Shown here piece after piece: positions 36,442-49,197 of a DNA stretch of 64,000 bases. Source of the stretch: Phallusia mammillata (lineage: Eukaryota); assembly GCA_965637545.1 (NCBI GenBank), contig OZ281499.1:13950001-14014000 (forward strand). The letters are read 5' to 3'. Within the stretch, counting starts at the first letter, position 1. Every line of letters starts with the position of its first letter. The translations under genes and the position numbers were made by a program. The notes under the pieces were generated by a model. It was not told where the DNA came from, did not search any database, and worked only from the letters and a program-made list of their open reading frames with translations.

Positions 36442-38000
36442 CTACTCTTGTAAATTTTCTGCATTTTGCAGAACCACAACTTGTGATTGTTGTTGCACCA
36501 GTGCCGCTAGTTGCTGCAGACCTTCCTGTAGTGTTTTGTTCATAGATTCCACCATTGCCTCTCTGCTTTTTCTATCCTTTTCACTTTCCTTTTCAAATAA
36601 ATTCATGAATCTGTCCCATTCTTGTGTTGGTGTTTGTCCTGCAGAATAGAACATCATACATGGTAATTGACTAGGTATGGTAAGTATCTTAGCACCATAC
36701 CAAAGAAACCACACAACAAATTTTACTGCCTAGACTTGTGTTATTAGTGGACACAGGTTGTTATTTAGCATATGTAACAACAGTTGTAAGAGTTTGTAAC
36801 AACAGTTGTAAGAGTATTACTTACGGCGTGGTCTTTTATCTTTACTTGCTCTACCGTGCTGACCTGCAATATATATTAACAGGTCATTTTCTATTACTTA
36901 AACTTTAAGCAAATAACACACCAGATTTTTTTCGCTTAAAAGCAGTAGATGTTGTGGCCACATCGTCATCAGTTTGTTCTTCATCAGCAGTTGGCTCATC
37001 CATCATGCTGCTAGCCCTTGAATGTGACAAGCTACTACCAGCACTTGTTTCCCCTATTATTGAGCTTACTTCTGCATCTTCAGCTGCTTGATGTGTAATG
37101 TTGTGTTCAGCAGCAGGTTCTTGCACCTCTAATAAAATTAAACCATGCAAAGTCTTGTACAAAGGAACCTATTTGAGCAAATAGAGCTTACCTTCCACAT
37201 CAGACGTTTCATCCGAAAATGACTGAGATGCACCTAAAAGAACAATGCACATAAACATGTGATATACAACTGGATGTAACAGACAGTTTAGCAACAAATT
37301 AAATACAAACCAACCGTAAAATGAATGCAACTTTTACTGAAAGTCATGCATTATCAAATATTTAAAAATATTACCATGTTTTTGTTGCATGGTGTCCACC
37401 ATCACAGAATGTCCTTGAATTGCCTGAAAATGCATGTTTATACAATGGTAAATAAATATGTATTGTCATGTACAACATCTACAACAAACAGCGGTTGGTA
37501 CTCACTTGTGTTCTCGGTCGATCTGACAATATTTCCTTCATTTTGTCAAAAAATGGCCACCTTACAGAGCCTGCACCAGATTTTGACGTTGTTTTTAAAA
37601 TGTTGTAAAACTGAGTTTTTATGTTTTTCCACTTTATTGAAATTTGTTTCCTGTATTGCAAAAACATGCAAAAATTCACATAAATGTAGGATAAAGCATT
37701 AATTGAAACCGTCTTTGAAATGCTATGTAAGTAAATGTTTTAGACAAATCACGACCATGTCATTACCAATGGCATTTGAAAATAGTATTTTAATAAAAAC
37801 TTTATCTGTTATCAAATGTGTACCAACCAATCTCTTTGCATATTTTGTTTTCTGAACTCATTTTCCAGTTGCTGATAATACTGCCGATTTCTTCCCACTT
37901 TGCCATCAATTTTAGCTATAATTTGCTTTTCTTCTATTAAATGCAACAATAAAAGTGTTTCTTCTTCAGACCAACTACCCTGGCGAATTTTTTGACTCAT
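36442..38000 (-). pseudogene. Myb/SANT-like partner protein of element D
   Basis: GSWSEEETLLLLHLI, IKWKNIKTQF, SGAGSVRWPFFDKMKEIL. Confidence 0.8.
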
Positions 38001-38944
38001 TCTATACCTTGTTTTGTATCCAAAAATTCAACTAGTTGCTCATTCAATTCGTAAAATGATTCAAATTCTCAGGCTAATCATTTAAATAGACAAACTGCTG
38101 TACAGAGACAAGTAATAAAACACATCCTAACTAGCAAGCCCATGGGCTTGCAGGACAATAAACTGGTCGTTAGTCTGCATACAACTAGCCTGGTATCTAC
38201 CAACCCAGTTTGCACTTCTACTGTGCGACAATTTGCACCTTACGTCCATTATTACAAAACATTTCAATACAAAGTAAACAAACTTGCAAAACAACATTTT
38301 TCTAACCTCCGCCGAACCTTACAACACAGCAAACGCGGCTTGGCGAGAAGGCGGATTAAGCGCGAAACGGATCAAACCACCTAGTCGGGGCGGATTGAGC
38401 GTGAAACGGATTCAATCCGTTTCAGCGGCAAAAACGAGAGAAGCGGATTGACGAAACGGATTCGAATCCGTTTCAAACGTCCATGTAAACAGGGTTACTG
38501 ATGAATTAAAAGATGAAAACTGGCTCCAAGATCTTGCTTTTGCTGTGGATATTATGGAACAATTCACTGATCTTAATCTAAAATTACAAGGTAAAAACAA
38601 AGTTATCACTCAGTTGTATGATGACATTAAGTGCTTTATTGCCAAGTTAAGCCTATGGAAGTCACAGCTGTCAAAGGAAAATTTGGTTCATTTTCCTACA
38701 TGTGAAGAGCTGAAGGCTACCACTACTGGTGTACTTGAATTTGCTAAGTATAGCAGTCATCTTCACTTGTTGTCAAATGAATTTCAGAAAAGATTTGATG
38801 ATTTTTCATCTTTTGAACTTCAATTTTTAATATTTTCTGCGCCATTCACCTTTGATGTTACTAAAGCTGAAGAAAGTCTGCAGATGGAATTATTAGAAAT
38901 GCAGTCAGATTCTACACTCCGATCAAAGTATCTAGAAGTAGGAA

Positions 38945-41414
38945 CAGTGGCGGCTCGTGCCTAAAATTTGTGGGGGTGCTGCCCATTGTGACGCAATAAT
39001 GTACACGAGTGTAAACAGCAGACGACATCATTTGTGTATTTTGTTTACTTGCACAGCGACGGGCTAAACACAATAACGTTCAGTAATAATGCGAAAAACA
39101 AAAACATACGTGGCACAGCTTCGAAATGAAGCGGTTGTAAATACGGTAAAACACAACAGGAATTTCAGTTCGACAACAAAAATTGTCATGTTTCATTTAA
39201 GTAAATTTAGTCACAGTCACAGCGTTTTCAACATATTCTATGACACTTCACAGATTATTGTCACACAACAAAAAACTCGTCATACAGCTTTTTATTGGTA
39301 TCATAACTAACAAATTTAACAACCACATTACATTGGTTTCAGAACTTGTTCATTTAAACATCTTTCTTGAATTTTTGTGTACAGACTGTTAATTGTATTT
39401 TCGTTTCTTAACTGCAATAATTGCTGCTTGCTGGCAAATAGCTTTTAATTCCTTTTTTAAGTTCAAACCGCCTTCAAGCTTTAAAATTTACAACACTCCC
39501 ACCTAAATTTAAACCATACTATTAAATCTGGTGCTTCCTTTTTCCAACCAAAATGAATCATGAAGTTATAGTTAGGGCATGATAATTAATAGCTTCTTCC
39601 TCAATCCCAAATGATAACTAAGCAAATGTTTTTCTATTTAGTACTAGCACTGCAATTTCTTTTGGATATGTTGGTGTTCCTCAGCAAAACTGGCATCTTT
39701 GTCAGTGTTAAAAAGAACTGTTTTTCCTTTGAAGGAATCATGGAAACAGCAAAAAAGGATTTTTCATCCTAGTAGTTTAACTTGTCAAAACATCATCTCT
39801 AGATTAATTATTTGTAAAGTAATCATGAACATCAGATCTACAGAAACATTTTGAGTAGCTAGCTGTTCTTTGTCAACAATAGGATGTGCTTGGTGTCACT
39901 ACTATATTGTCTGTAGAATAATCATTCTTAAGCAACACTTCCTGTGAAGCAATTTAGCAGCTACTGTTTAGACCAGGGGTCTCAAACACGCGGCCCTCCA
40001 AGTGTTTTTGTGCGGCCCGCGAAGTCACTTTTAGAAGTTATGTGTTTTACTCAGGCGTAATACCCTGTCAGATCAGTAAGTTTACAAGATACAATCACTT
40101 TCTGTTAGTGGTATATGCAGCGTTTTAATAAAAACAAATTAAAAAGCTCCTCTTTAGAATGAGCAATTTCGATTGTTGCGTCATATTTTTCCATTGTTGC
40201 GTCATTAAAGGTCATTGTTTTCACAGAAAGCAATTGGTTCCTGTGTTTAATTACACTATATATCTGTTTCTTTTTGTGTTGTTTTTAATGTGGTTAATGG
40301 TATAAATGAACATTTTAGACTTAAATCATGCAATACTTTTGTTGCATGTTACATTGTAACAAATGTTTCGATGGTGCGACCCTCGACTTACTTAACAAGT
40401 TTTTTTTGGCCCTTAAAGCAGTTTGAGTTTGAGACCCCTGGTTTAGACAAACAGTGCATGTCCATTATATCAATACACATGATTGCACTTGGTTGCAAAT
40501 ACTGTCCATATGGTGTGTTAAGAAATCCACACTTTAAATTGTCTTCACTCTTTTTTGTCTTCATTTCAAAATTCCTGTTGCTTGCAGTTGTTAGTTCTAC
40601 ATTTGATATTGCCTGAATTTCAGTAAGGCATTTAACTTCACAGTCACAAATTTAATTATTGTTTGGTAGCATTAGGAACTAAAACTAAGTATTTCTTGTT
40701 GTTGCTTATTCCTGCATGACATTGGAGTAGCAGATGTTTTGTCCCATACTTTCATAACTCTTTTTAATTCAGTTATTGATTATAAAGGTTAATTGTGACT
40801 TTTCAAGGTGTTAGATGACCTTTTTTTCTTTTTCAAGGTGTTAGATACACTTATTTAATTCAATGATAACTGTAAAAACTGAAACCCACTTACAGTCATC
40901 TTAAAAAGTCACGACTAACAGTCAAACAACAAATTTAATGGGAGCAAAATAATTCTTTAACTGCACTTACTGTCGAACTTAAAAACACAGTACACGGGTT
41001 TGGCTTTGGAGCTCACTGACGCGAAGCATACAATACCACTAGCGCTACGTCACGGGAGGGGCTGCGCGAGCCACAGCCCCCTCTCGCCTATTTCGCCCGG
41101 CATGTAGCTTTTCCAAGTGCGCATGCGCACAACTGAAAACGTCATGAAACGTCACGAAACTGGAGCTGCAGCTCCGCCATAGATAACTTATTATTATTTT
41201 TTGCAAAAATTTTTTTTTTAAATAATTAAATTTTTTATTAATTTTATTTTAATAAAATGCCGATTAATGCCATAAAAGTTATTCTTAGTATGCACTGATC
41301 AAACATAAAAACTATATGTAAAGATTGTTTTGTATAACAACTTGGAATAGGAATGTCAAGTAAAAATACTGGGGGTGCTGCAGCTCCGCAGCCCCCTCGC
41401 ACGAGCCGCCCCTG
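38945..41414. mobile_element. Non-autonomous hAT, 2.47 kb
   Basis: TIRs CAGTGGCGGCTCGTG / CACGAGCCGCCCCTG; TSD AGTAGGAA; no transposase motifs seen. Confidence 0.9.
39974..40440. mobile_element. hAT MITE
   Basis: TIRs CAGGGGTCTCAAAC / GTTTGAGACCCCTG; TSD GTTTAGAC. Confidence 0.93.
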
Positions 41415-43698
41415 AGTAGGAATACCTGGCTTTTTTTCATATCTTCCTGAAAATTTCAAGAACTTTAGAAAGTTTGCCACTAAAATTATGTCCATGTTTG
41501 GTTCCACTTATGTGTGTGAACAGCTGTTTTCCTTTATGAAAACAATTAAAACCACCCAAAGAACAAGGCTGACTGATCGGCATTTGTCATCACTAATCAA
41601 AGTTGGAGTTGGACAGACACTTCAGCCCGATATACCAAAAATTGTCCGCAAAAAAAGATGTCAAACCTCTGGACAAAGCACTTAAACTAACTGATAAGTA
41701 GCAAATACCTGCTGCAGTTTTAAAATATAGTCTGTTTGGAATGATGTTCATAATACTGTTGGGCAGAACAAGTGTAATGTGTAGTGTAATTACTTCGTTG
41801 TTTGGTATTGATAAGTGTGATTAAAACAATTGTTTGCATCAAACATGAAATTGTGTGTCAAGGTATATAGCAATTATCGATGAACAAATAATTTGACATT
41901 ACTGTATATGCGCCATTAGCTTGTGTGCGGCCCGGATGATTACATAACATGGCGCATGCGGCTCTTGGAGGACTGTGAGTTTGACATGCCTGCAATAATG
42001 GGTATGCTGGGTCTCCCAAGATCAATAGTGGCACTGCATATCCTTCTATGTTTTTGGGCACCTGATAACACAATTAAGTAATAGGCCTAAGAGCCATACC
42101 CCCTGTTTAGTTTATCACATGATCATTTTTTTACCTGTGGAAGAAGGCTTGATTTTTTGAACAGTTCGGAGTTCTTAAAAACTGTAGCATCATTGCAGCT
42201 ACCAGGCATTTTCACACTTATATTTCTGAAACTAACATTTAAAGGTAAAACAAATTTCTGTTCCCAAGCATTAAGCTCATACCGATATTTGTCATCAACA
42301 ACAGCCTGAAGCACCACAGAGTCCCATCCTTTTCTATTGGTGTAGTCCTTTTTCCCCTTTATTGGTGCTGTTACCGCTATGTGGCTTCCATCGATACACC
42401 CTAAAACCTAAAAACAGCAACAAATCAGTTTTTATGAGTGTAAAAAATACATAAACAAGACCTTACCTGGGAAAAATGATATTTTTCGTTAAATCTTTTT
42501 GCAATTTTCTTTGCCTCATCACAGTCGGGCAGATAAATAAACTGGTGAAGTTTTTTTGTCAGAGCTTTAGATTTATACAATCTAATTAGAATGAAAACAG
42601 CTTGCATAAAAATATTTGAGTTGTTAACAAGTTATACATTCATAAACCTTGTGAGACAGTTATGAACGGATGCTTCACTGACTCCAAAAAGCTCCCCAAT
42701 CGTTCTATACTCATCAGAAGAGGCGAGCTTGTACACACCTATTGCTACACGTTTTCTGGTTGCAATGGGTTTTCTGACTGCAAGGTCATCTAAATCAATA
42801 CAGTACAAAAAATGAGTGACATAATGCTGCATGAAAACAGGCTTTAACTTACCAGGCCTCATATCATCCTCAACAAGTTCACCAAGCTTATCAAAGTCTT
42901 CTTTTCTCATTCCAAAATGCTTTAACCACTGTGTATCAGTAAAGTTGGCCACAACTGACTCCAAAAACTCATTAGCTCTAACATAAAATACAGTTTGGGA
43001 TAATTTGTGTTTGATTCACAAACAAAGAATATTGTTACCTTGGCAGCATCCAAACCCGTTTGGCTTTTTCTTTTCTATTTTTAAATTTAGTTTTGAATAA
43101 AACAATAAACAAAATTCTTCTTGCTCGTTGACGTTTACGAAAATACTCGTAAACAAATAGAGTTTGAAACATGCATTTGCACATTTCAATTAAACACCTT
43201 TCAGCAAAGATTGACATTTTGGTCTTCTCTTTCGGATCTTTTCTTGTTTGTTAGTGTTTCCTGACCTACTAGCCTACAACAAAACGTAATATAAAATACC
43301 TACGACACATATTCCAAAGATAACCCGCATAAAGGCCGGTTCACACATGACGCGGTTAGCGCGTAACTGCGGAGGTCGACGGATAGCGTTTTGCGGTTGG
43401 CATGTCACGCAAGGTGCGGTTGTCCTTGGGCGGCAAAAAAACTGTGGTTACGGCGGCTGGCGGTAGAGTTGAAATGATTCAACTGTACGGCGCGGATGGC
43501 GGCTTAATTGCAAACGTGAATGAAACAGAACAAAATTTTTTTAGTAAGTATTGATGGAAATGTTGTTTTTATATGCAACTTTTCACAGAATATGTGTAAT
43601 TTGGATACAAAGGATCATTCTTAACCAGTTTAATGTGTAAACCAATATTTTTTCACATGTAGTTGTAGATTGTAGCATAAAAAAAAACTGATAAAAAC

Positions 43699-44940
43699 AT
43701 GGAGAATTTTAATGAATGTCTTATCGACCTAGTCAAGGAATCACCTCATTTGTACGATACAAAAAATCGTGATTACAAGGATGCTATCAAAAAAGAAAAC
43801 ACATGGCTGAAGATAAGTCAAACTCTTGGGCAGCCAGGTAACTGTATCTAACTGATCACTTATGGTGTACATGATTACTATGCTACACTAAACAATGACA
43901 TATTAGTTGTATAGGTTTAAGTGTGAATAAACTATAAAGTGAGTTACCATTTATATCCAAATCAGTGGAAAAATGCAGCTTGCTAAATATGCATTCTTCA
44001 TTAGTTGAAGCTTGCACCAAACGTTGGAAAAGCCTTCGAGACAAGTTTGCAAAATTAAAAAAGGCAATGGATGAAACCACAAAAAGTGGAAGTGGTGCAA
44101 CAAATACAAGGGTTTGGGAGCACTTTGAGAGCATGAGGTTTTTGGATGAGCACCTTCGCCACAGATTGTATGTTAGAAAGTTGATAGTTTTGATTTTAAA
44201 GGCAGTGTTTAGTGGCAGAATGTTTAAGGGAAAGAAAGTCTATTAGCAGTTGACATTCTGGTCAAAATATAATTTATTTGCTTAAAAACCACACCACAAG
44301 CAAAGATTAAATAATTCTTGTTTTTAGAACTGTCAACAATATGCCCATGCTGGATCTTACCAATTCTGAAGTGGTCGAAGATTCAAATTTGATTGGTTAG
44401 TGTAATTTTTTGTTGTATTGCATTTGGTATGTGCTCAAATTAAAAAAAAATACTTTTAAAACTTGTCAAGACCTTGAATGTGTGGATGAAACATTTTCTG
44501 AAGAAACAAGATCTCCAACACCTTCATCAAGTAAGCAGTAGTAATGCAACAAAGAAACGGCATGAATTTCAGGTATGTTTGATATTTTATTTTTTAACTT
44601 TGATATTTGCCATTTAACTGAAAAAAAAAATGGTTTGTAAATACATTTGTCAGAATGTTAAAACACTTTTCATAAATAGTGTTAATGAATCACAAATTTG
44701 TTGCCAATTGAATTTGATTTTATGTTTTGTTTTAAGGAAAGGCTGTTTTCAATGTTTGAAAAAAATCATGAAGCTATTGCAGCAGTGACCTCGATACAAA
44801 CGCAGCAAGTTCACACTGAAAATGCAGCAAACCAATTTAGCAAGTTGGTTGGCCTTAAATTAGAAGCACTGCCAGCAGCTAAGGCAGATCAAGCAATGGC
44901 TCACATTTTGCAATATTTATGTGACTTGCAGTATTCTTAA
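43699..44940 (+). pseudogene. MADF-domain partner protein of element B
   Basis: LIDLVKESPHLYDTKNRDYKD..KENTW, CTKRWKSLRDKF, KSGSGA..WEHFESMRFL. Confidence 0.85.
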
Positions 44941-45087
44941 TGTGCTAACCTTTCTCAATGAAAATCTTGGATACTGAATTGCTGTGTCTTTTGATGTGCT
45001 GTAGTCTGTACATGTGTTAACATTTTCTTTGAATGTAAATGTATACTGAAATACAACCCATAACACAACAAAGTTTGCATTTAAAAC

Positions 45088-46520
45088 TTAAGATCTATTG
45101 GCTATGATATCCTGCCAGGGTAATCGTCCTGCGGGTGAATTAAAATATTCTTTAAATTCGTGTCGAATGTGTGATGCAGCTCTCGTGTAATTGTTAGAGC
45201 TCATTTGTCCAAGTGGAAATAGGTTTCCTCCCAAGTCTTCCACTCTCCATCTTCCTGGAATAACAACACCATTGTCCTCTCTGTCCACATGAAATGGTGG
45301 ACAGTATAACTAACTTCTTGGCTGGTTATGTTGTTTTTGCAAAAAGTTGTGAAGGCAACATGCAGTCTTGGTTATTAAAACAGCCTTTTCTACATCGGCT
45401 ATTATTGGGCGTTTGAACACTCTCCAACGAGTTACAAGTATTCCAAATGTGTTTTCAATGACACGTCGGGCTCTTGACAAACGGTAATTGAAAACACGCT
45501 TTTCTGCAGACAAGTAATGACCTGGATATGGTCTCATCATATTTTGCTTTAAAGGAAAAGCTGCATCACCTACGAAGCAATAAGGCACAGAAACTGAAGG
45601 GTTCCTGATATTCTCTGGAGGTGGAAAAGGAAGCTTATCACTAAGAAAATCTTTACCAAAACTTGAGTTTGCAAATACTCCTCCATCACTGTGCCTCCCG
45701 GAATCACCAATATCTACCACAGAAAAGCAGTAATCTGCTGAACTTACTGCTAATAAGACAATGCTGCGGTAACCCTTATAGTTGAAGAATTCTGACCCTG
45801 AATGAGGTGGCGACTGTATTGCAATATGTTTGCCATCTATTGCTCCCATACACATAGGAAAATCCCACTGCTTTTCAAACTGTGCTGCAATTTCTCGCCA
45901 TTCAGCTTGTGAATTTGGCATCCGTAAACAATTTGACTCTAAAGCATAACATATTGCTCTGCATGTCTCTGATATGATGTTACATAAGGTGGAGCGACCA
46001 ACACGGTAGTTAAATGCAATTGTTTGTTGAGAATCACCTGTAGCTAGGTATCTGCAACAAAAACACTTAAAAATTTAGAACAAAAATTACTTACTCAAAA
46101 ACCATACAAAAAATCACCTTAATGTCATAGCCAATCTCTGAGAGGATGATATTGGCTTTCTCCATCGCGTCGTTTGCTTTTTTATATGTGGAGAAACCAA
46201 TGAAAGCAAGTAGTCAAATGTAGACACATCCATCCTAAAATATCTGTGAAAGCTTTCTCCATCATTCCTCATGTGCCTCACAAGGATTTGTTCCCCTTGA
46301 CTCTCCCGTCTTTGCAAAATGGGCCTCACCCACCACCTTTCACAAAATTAACCTTACATGATGTTGTAAGAGCAAAAATACAGCTTATTGTAATTTGTAA
46401 GTATTTGCTTAGGTTAAAAAATAATGTAACATAGCAAATGCAAATTTTCTGACGTACCTCCGGTTCTTTGCTTCTGAACTTTTGGAGTACAAATACAACA
46501 ACAAACTCTGTTCTTCCAAC
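45088..46520 (-). pseudogene. Harbinger B transposase, largely intact exons
   Basis: FHRYFRMDVSTF, QRLAMTLR, CMGAIDGKHI, SIVLLAV, VGDAAFPL, FNYRLSRARRVIENTFGILVTRW, CCLHNFL. Confidence 0.9.
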
Positions 46521-46747
46521 AGCAACAAAATTGCGTTGTTGTACATACCGATAAAGCACTACAGTCAGCCTTTTTTATTGAACTGAAATATTCCTAAAAC
46601 ATAAGTGGTGTGAACGACCTAGCGGTTAGCGTGTCGCGGAAGACTATCCGGCGAAGCGCGACGCATACCGTTGCCGTCAAGCGCGTCTTGTGTGAACCGG
46701 CCTTGTCGCGCCACGAAGGGGAATCCCGGTTCTCGTTTCGACTGAAG

Positions 46748-47080
46748 CAGTGGTTCCCAAACTGTGGGCCATGGCCCAGTAGTGGGCCACCAAGACATTT
46801 TCAATGGGCCACAGAGCCATTTGAATAGATTCTACTGTTTTCTACTGTATACTGTAGATATTATGCGCTTTGTTTTAAAAAACGTAATTTTTGCAAAGAA
46901 TCTGTATCTTGTAGCCAAATTTCAGGAGCATGTATCTCATTAAAAATAAATTGCTAGAAAATTTCGCCTGTTTTTGAGTCATTTTTTTTGTTTGTGCCCA
47001 AATTTACAGCATGTGGTGGGCCACGAATCGCTATTCAATAAACATTTGGGCCACAGACCAAAAAAGTTTGGGAAACCCTG
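46748..47080 (-). mobile_element. hAT MITE; empty-site copy of the 27755-30785 MITE in reverse orientation
   Basis: Same internal sequence; flanks GACTGAAG / GACTGGAG; single TCTGTGGC site. Confidence 0.92.
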
Positions 47081-47129
47081 GACTGGAGATAACTCGCGTC
47101 AGCTAACCCCCGCTCATGTAAAGAGGCTG

Positions 47130-47965
47130 ATTGTTATTTCCAGGTTTTGCCAGGCCCTGTGCAGAAAACACAAAGAATTCATTTATCTTCCCGATTTCAA
47201 TGAAGCACAGCAAATTGCAAATCAAAATCGCCAAAAATCAGGGTTCCCTCAGGTTTTTGGAGCAATTGATGGATGCCATGAACATGTAAAATCTCCAAAA
47301 AATGGAATGAGAGATTATATTAATAGAAAAAGGTTTCCATCACTTGTATTACAAGCAGTGGTTGACAATCAGTACAGGTAAAACATTACATCGGCACTAT
47401 TACATTTCATTGCATTCAATTTGTATTTTTAGATTCAGAGATGTCTCTGTAAAAATGCCTGGTTGTGCTCATGATGCATCAGTGCTACGTGCTTCACATT
47501 TGTAAAAAAATGCAGCAAACTTACCAAAAGTAACAGCATTAGAATAACTCCATATTTTGCCATATCAAAAACTTTGGTTTTCATCAACAGGGCACGATTA
47601 CTATCAACGATGTGCAGACTCCACTAATGATTGTTGGAGATTCTGCTTACCCTTTGTTACCATGGTTAATGAGGCCATACACTGGCATTCAACTATCATC
47701 ATAGCAGTGTAAGAATTGTGGTTAAGAATGCTTTTGGCAGGCTAAAGGCTCGGTGGCGAAAACTTAAACGACAATTGGATGTTGACATTCAACAAGCCCC
47801 ATTTGTTATTGCAGCATGTTGTATTATGCAAAATATATGTGAACAGGCCTAAATTCCTGTACCTAGAGATACAGAAACTACTTTAACCTATGGGTCCACT
47901 TCACAGCCAGATGCTGTAGTGGACAGTCATATCCGCTCAGCAATTGCTGATTATTTACGTGAATC
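47130..47965 (+). pseudogene. Harbinger C transposase, 3' exons
   Basis: FCQALCRKH, FPQVFGAIDGCH, SLVLQAVVD, VGDSAYPL, NAFGRLKARWR. Confidence 0.85.
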
Positions 47966-48059
47966 TGACAAATATCAAAATGTAGTTCTTTCGTCTGATT
48001 ATTTTCTGTTCAATAAAATACAAATTTTTATTTGGCAGTCATTTTTAAGAGAACATATA

Positions 48060-49197
48060 ACTGCACACACTCCATAAAGAAAGAAGAATGAAAATACTAC
48101 AACAAAATGAAGATAAATCAATTTGGACATTTACTTTGAATTATTTTGTTAAGTAATTGAGGTCAGTACATCAGCAAGGTTTGTAATGACATTAATCATT
48201 TTTTCCATATTTCTTTGATTACTTTCTTGGCTGTCCTTTAGAAACTGGAGTATGCTTTCAGTGCGAGCAGCTTTTTTATCTCTAACTTCTGAAGCCTTTT
48301 GATGACGCCGTCGTGTTCTGTTTGAAGAGGCTAATGAAAATAATAAGAGATAGTAGCTGTTTGAATAAATAGCATCAGGTAGTTAGTTTAAAACCGCATA
48401 TAAAATTTGATACCTGAGATAGTTCTAGAAGATGATGGCTCTTCATAGCTTGGGGATTCGTCTGTTGGAGCTTGTTGTGAAAGTGTTTCTGTCTACAATG
48501 GTGTTGTGGCTGACTGGGTAAACATGTCAGACTGTGCTAGTGTGTCTGACTCTTGTGGAATTAAGTTTTCCTCAAGGATTGTCACTGCATAAAATGCATT
48601 ATGTAAAAATTAAGGTAATTGAAAGTTGCAGAAATTATTATGCCGATTACTAACCATCATCAAATTCTGTATATTCTTTAAGTGTCTGTGGTAATGGTTC
48701 TTTTCCAGACTCAAAGCATGATGCATTGCCTAAACACATGTGAAAATTTTTTAGAAATATGATTTAAAATCAAAATATACACACAGTCACACACACACAC
48801 CAATGATCGGGGTCGTTTTCCAAAAATTTCATCCATTTTTTCAAAGTGAGGCCAGTCCAAACCTTTGGATGAAGCACCGGATCTGTTTAAACCACCTTTG
48901 ATTTTGTTATATTGGGATTTTAAGAGTCTCCACTCTCGTCGAACTTGGGTGTCTGAAAATTTGAAACCTTTTAGTTGTACTGCATGAAATAAAAGTGACA
49001 TTGAAACAAAATACTTCACACAAGTCATAATTGTGTCCCTTCTTTCTCATTTCATTCACTGCCTGCTGCATAACATCTTTATTTCTTCTTGATTTACTGT
49101 CACTTTGCTCTACCAAATTAAGTTGTTTTGCAATAGCAATTAAGTCATTGGTTTCAGCCTTTGTCCACTTTTTAACTGCACCTACCACTTTCGCCAT
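48060..49197 (-). pseudogene. Myb/SANT-like partner protein of element C
   Basis: KKWTKAETNDLI, REWRLLKSQY, SGASSKGLDWPHFEKMDEIFG. Confidence 0.8.

Larger units (their letters stand above)
34343..38496. mobile_element. PIF/Harbinger-type element D
   Basis: TIR AACCCTGTTTACATG / CATGTAAACAGGGTT; ACT on both flanks; excision restores the host codons G-Q-N-T-D-E-L. Confidence 0.9.
33213..41685 (+). pseudogene. GTF2IRD2-like hAT transposase in three pieces (33213-34342, 38497-38944, 41415-41685)
   Basis: RLFNEKWELQY, SIAIDES, STDGAANMVG, HCIIHQQNL, EVRWLS, GQNT|DELKDENWLQDLAF, YLEVG|IPGFF, MFGSTYVCEQLFS. Confidence 0.9.
32843..41992 (+). mobile_element. Charlie/Buster hAT with nested insertions
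   Basis: TIRs CAGGCATGTCAAAC / GTTTGACATGCCTG; TSD CAATAATG. Confidence 0.93.
32440..43217 (-). pseudogene. Harbinger A transposase, split by the hAT at 32843-41992
   Basis: RVWMLPR, WLKHFGMRKEDF, RVAIGVYKLAS, MVLQAVVD, GDPAYPLL|PWLMKPF across the insertion, ARCVLHNLCE. Confidence 0.85.
43332..46704. mobile_element. PIF/Harbinger-type element B
   Basis: TIR AAGGCCGGTTCACAC / GTGTGAACCGGCCTT; no clean TSD; convergent MADF and transposase genes. Confidence 0.85.
30831..47129. mobile_element. PIF/Harbinger-type element A, inserted in an intron of element C
   Basis: Core TIR GCCTCTTTACATG / CATGTAAAGAGGC; terminal 1-2 bp ambiguous (ATT/ATT or TTA/TGA flanks). Convergent Myb-like and transposase genes. 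Confidence 0.75.

Noticed and set aside
46974-47381. 135-aa ORF
   Set aside because: Read-through from the MITE, Harbinger A terminus and intron into a Harbinger C exon.
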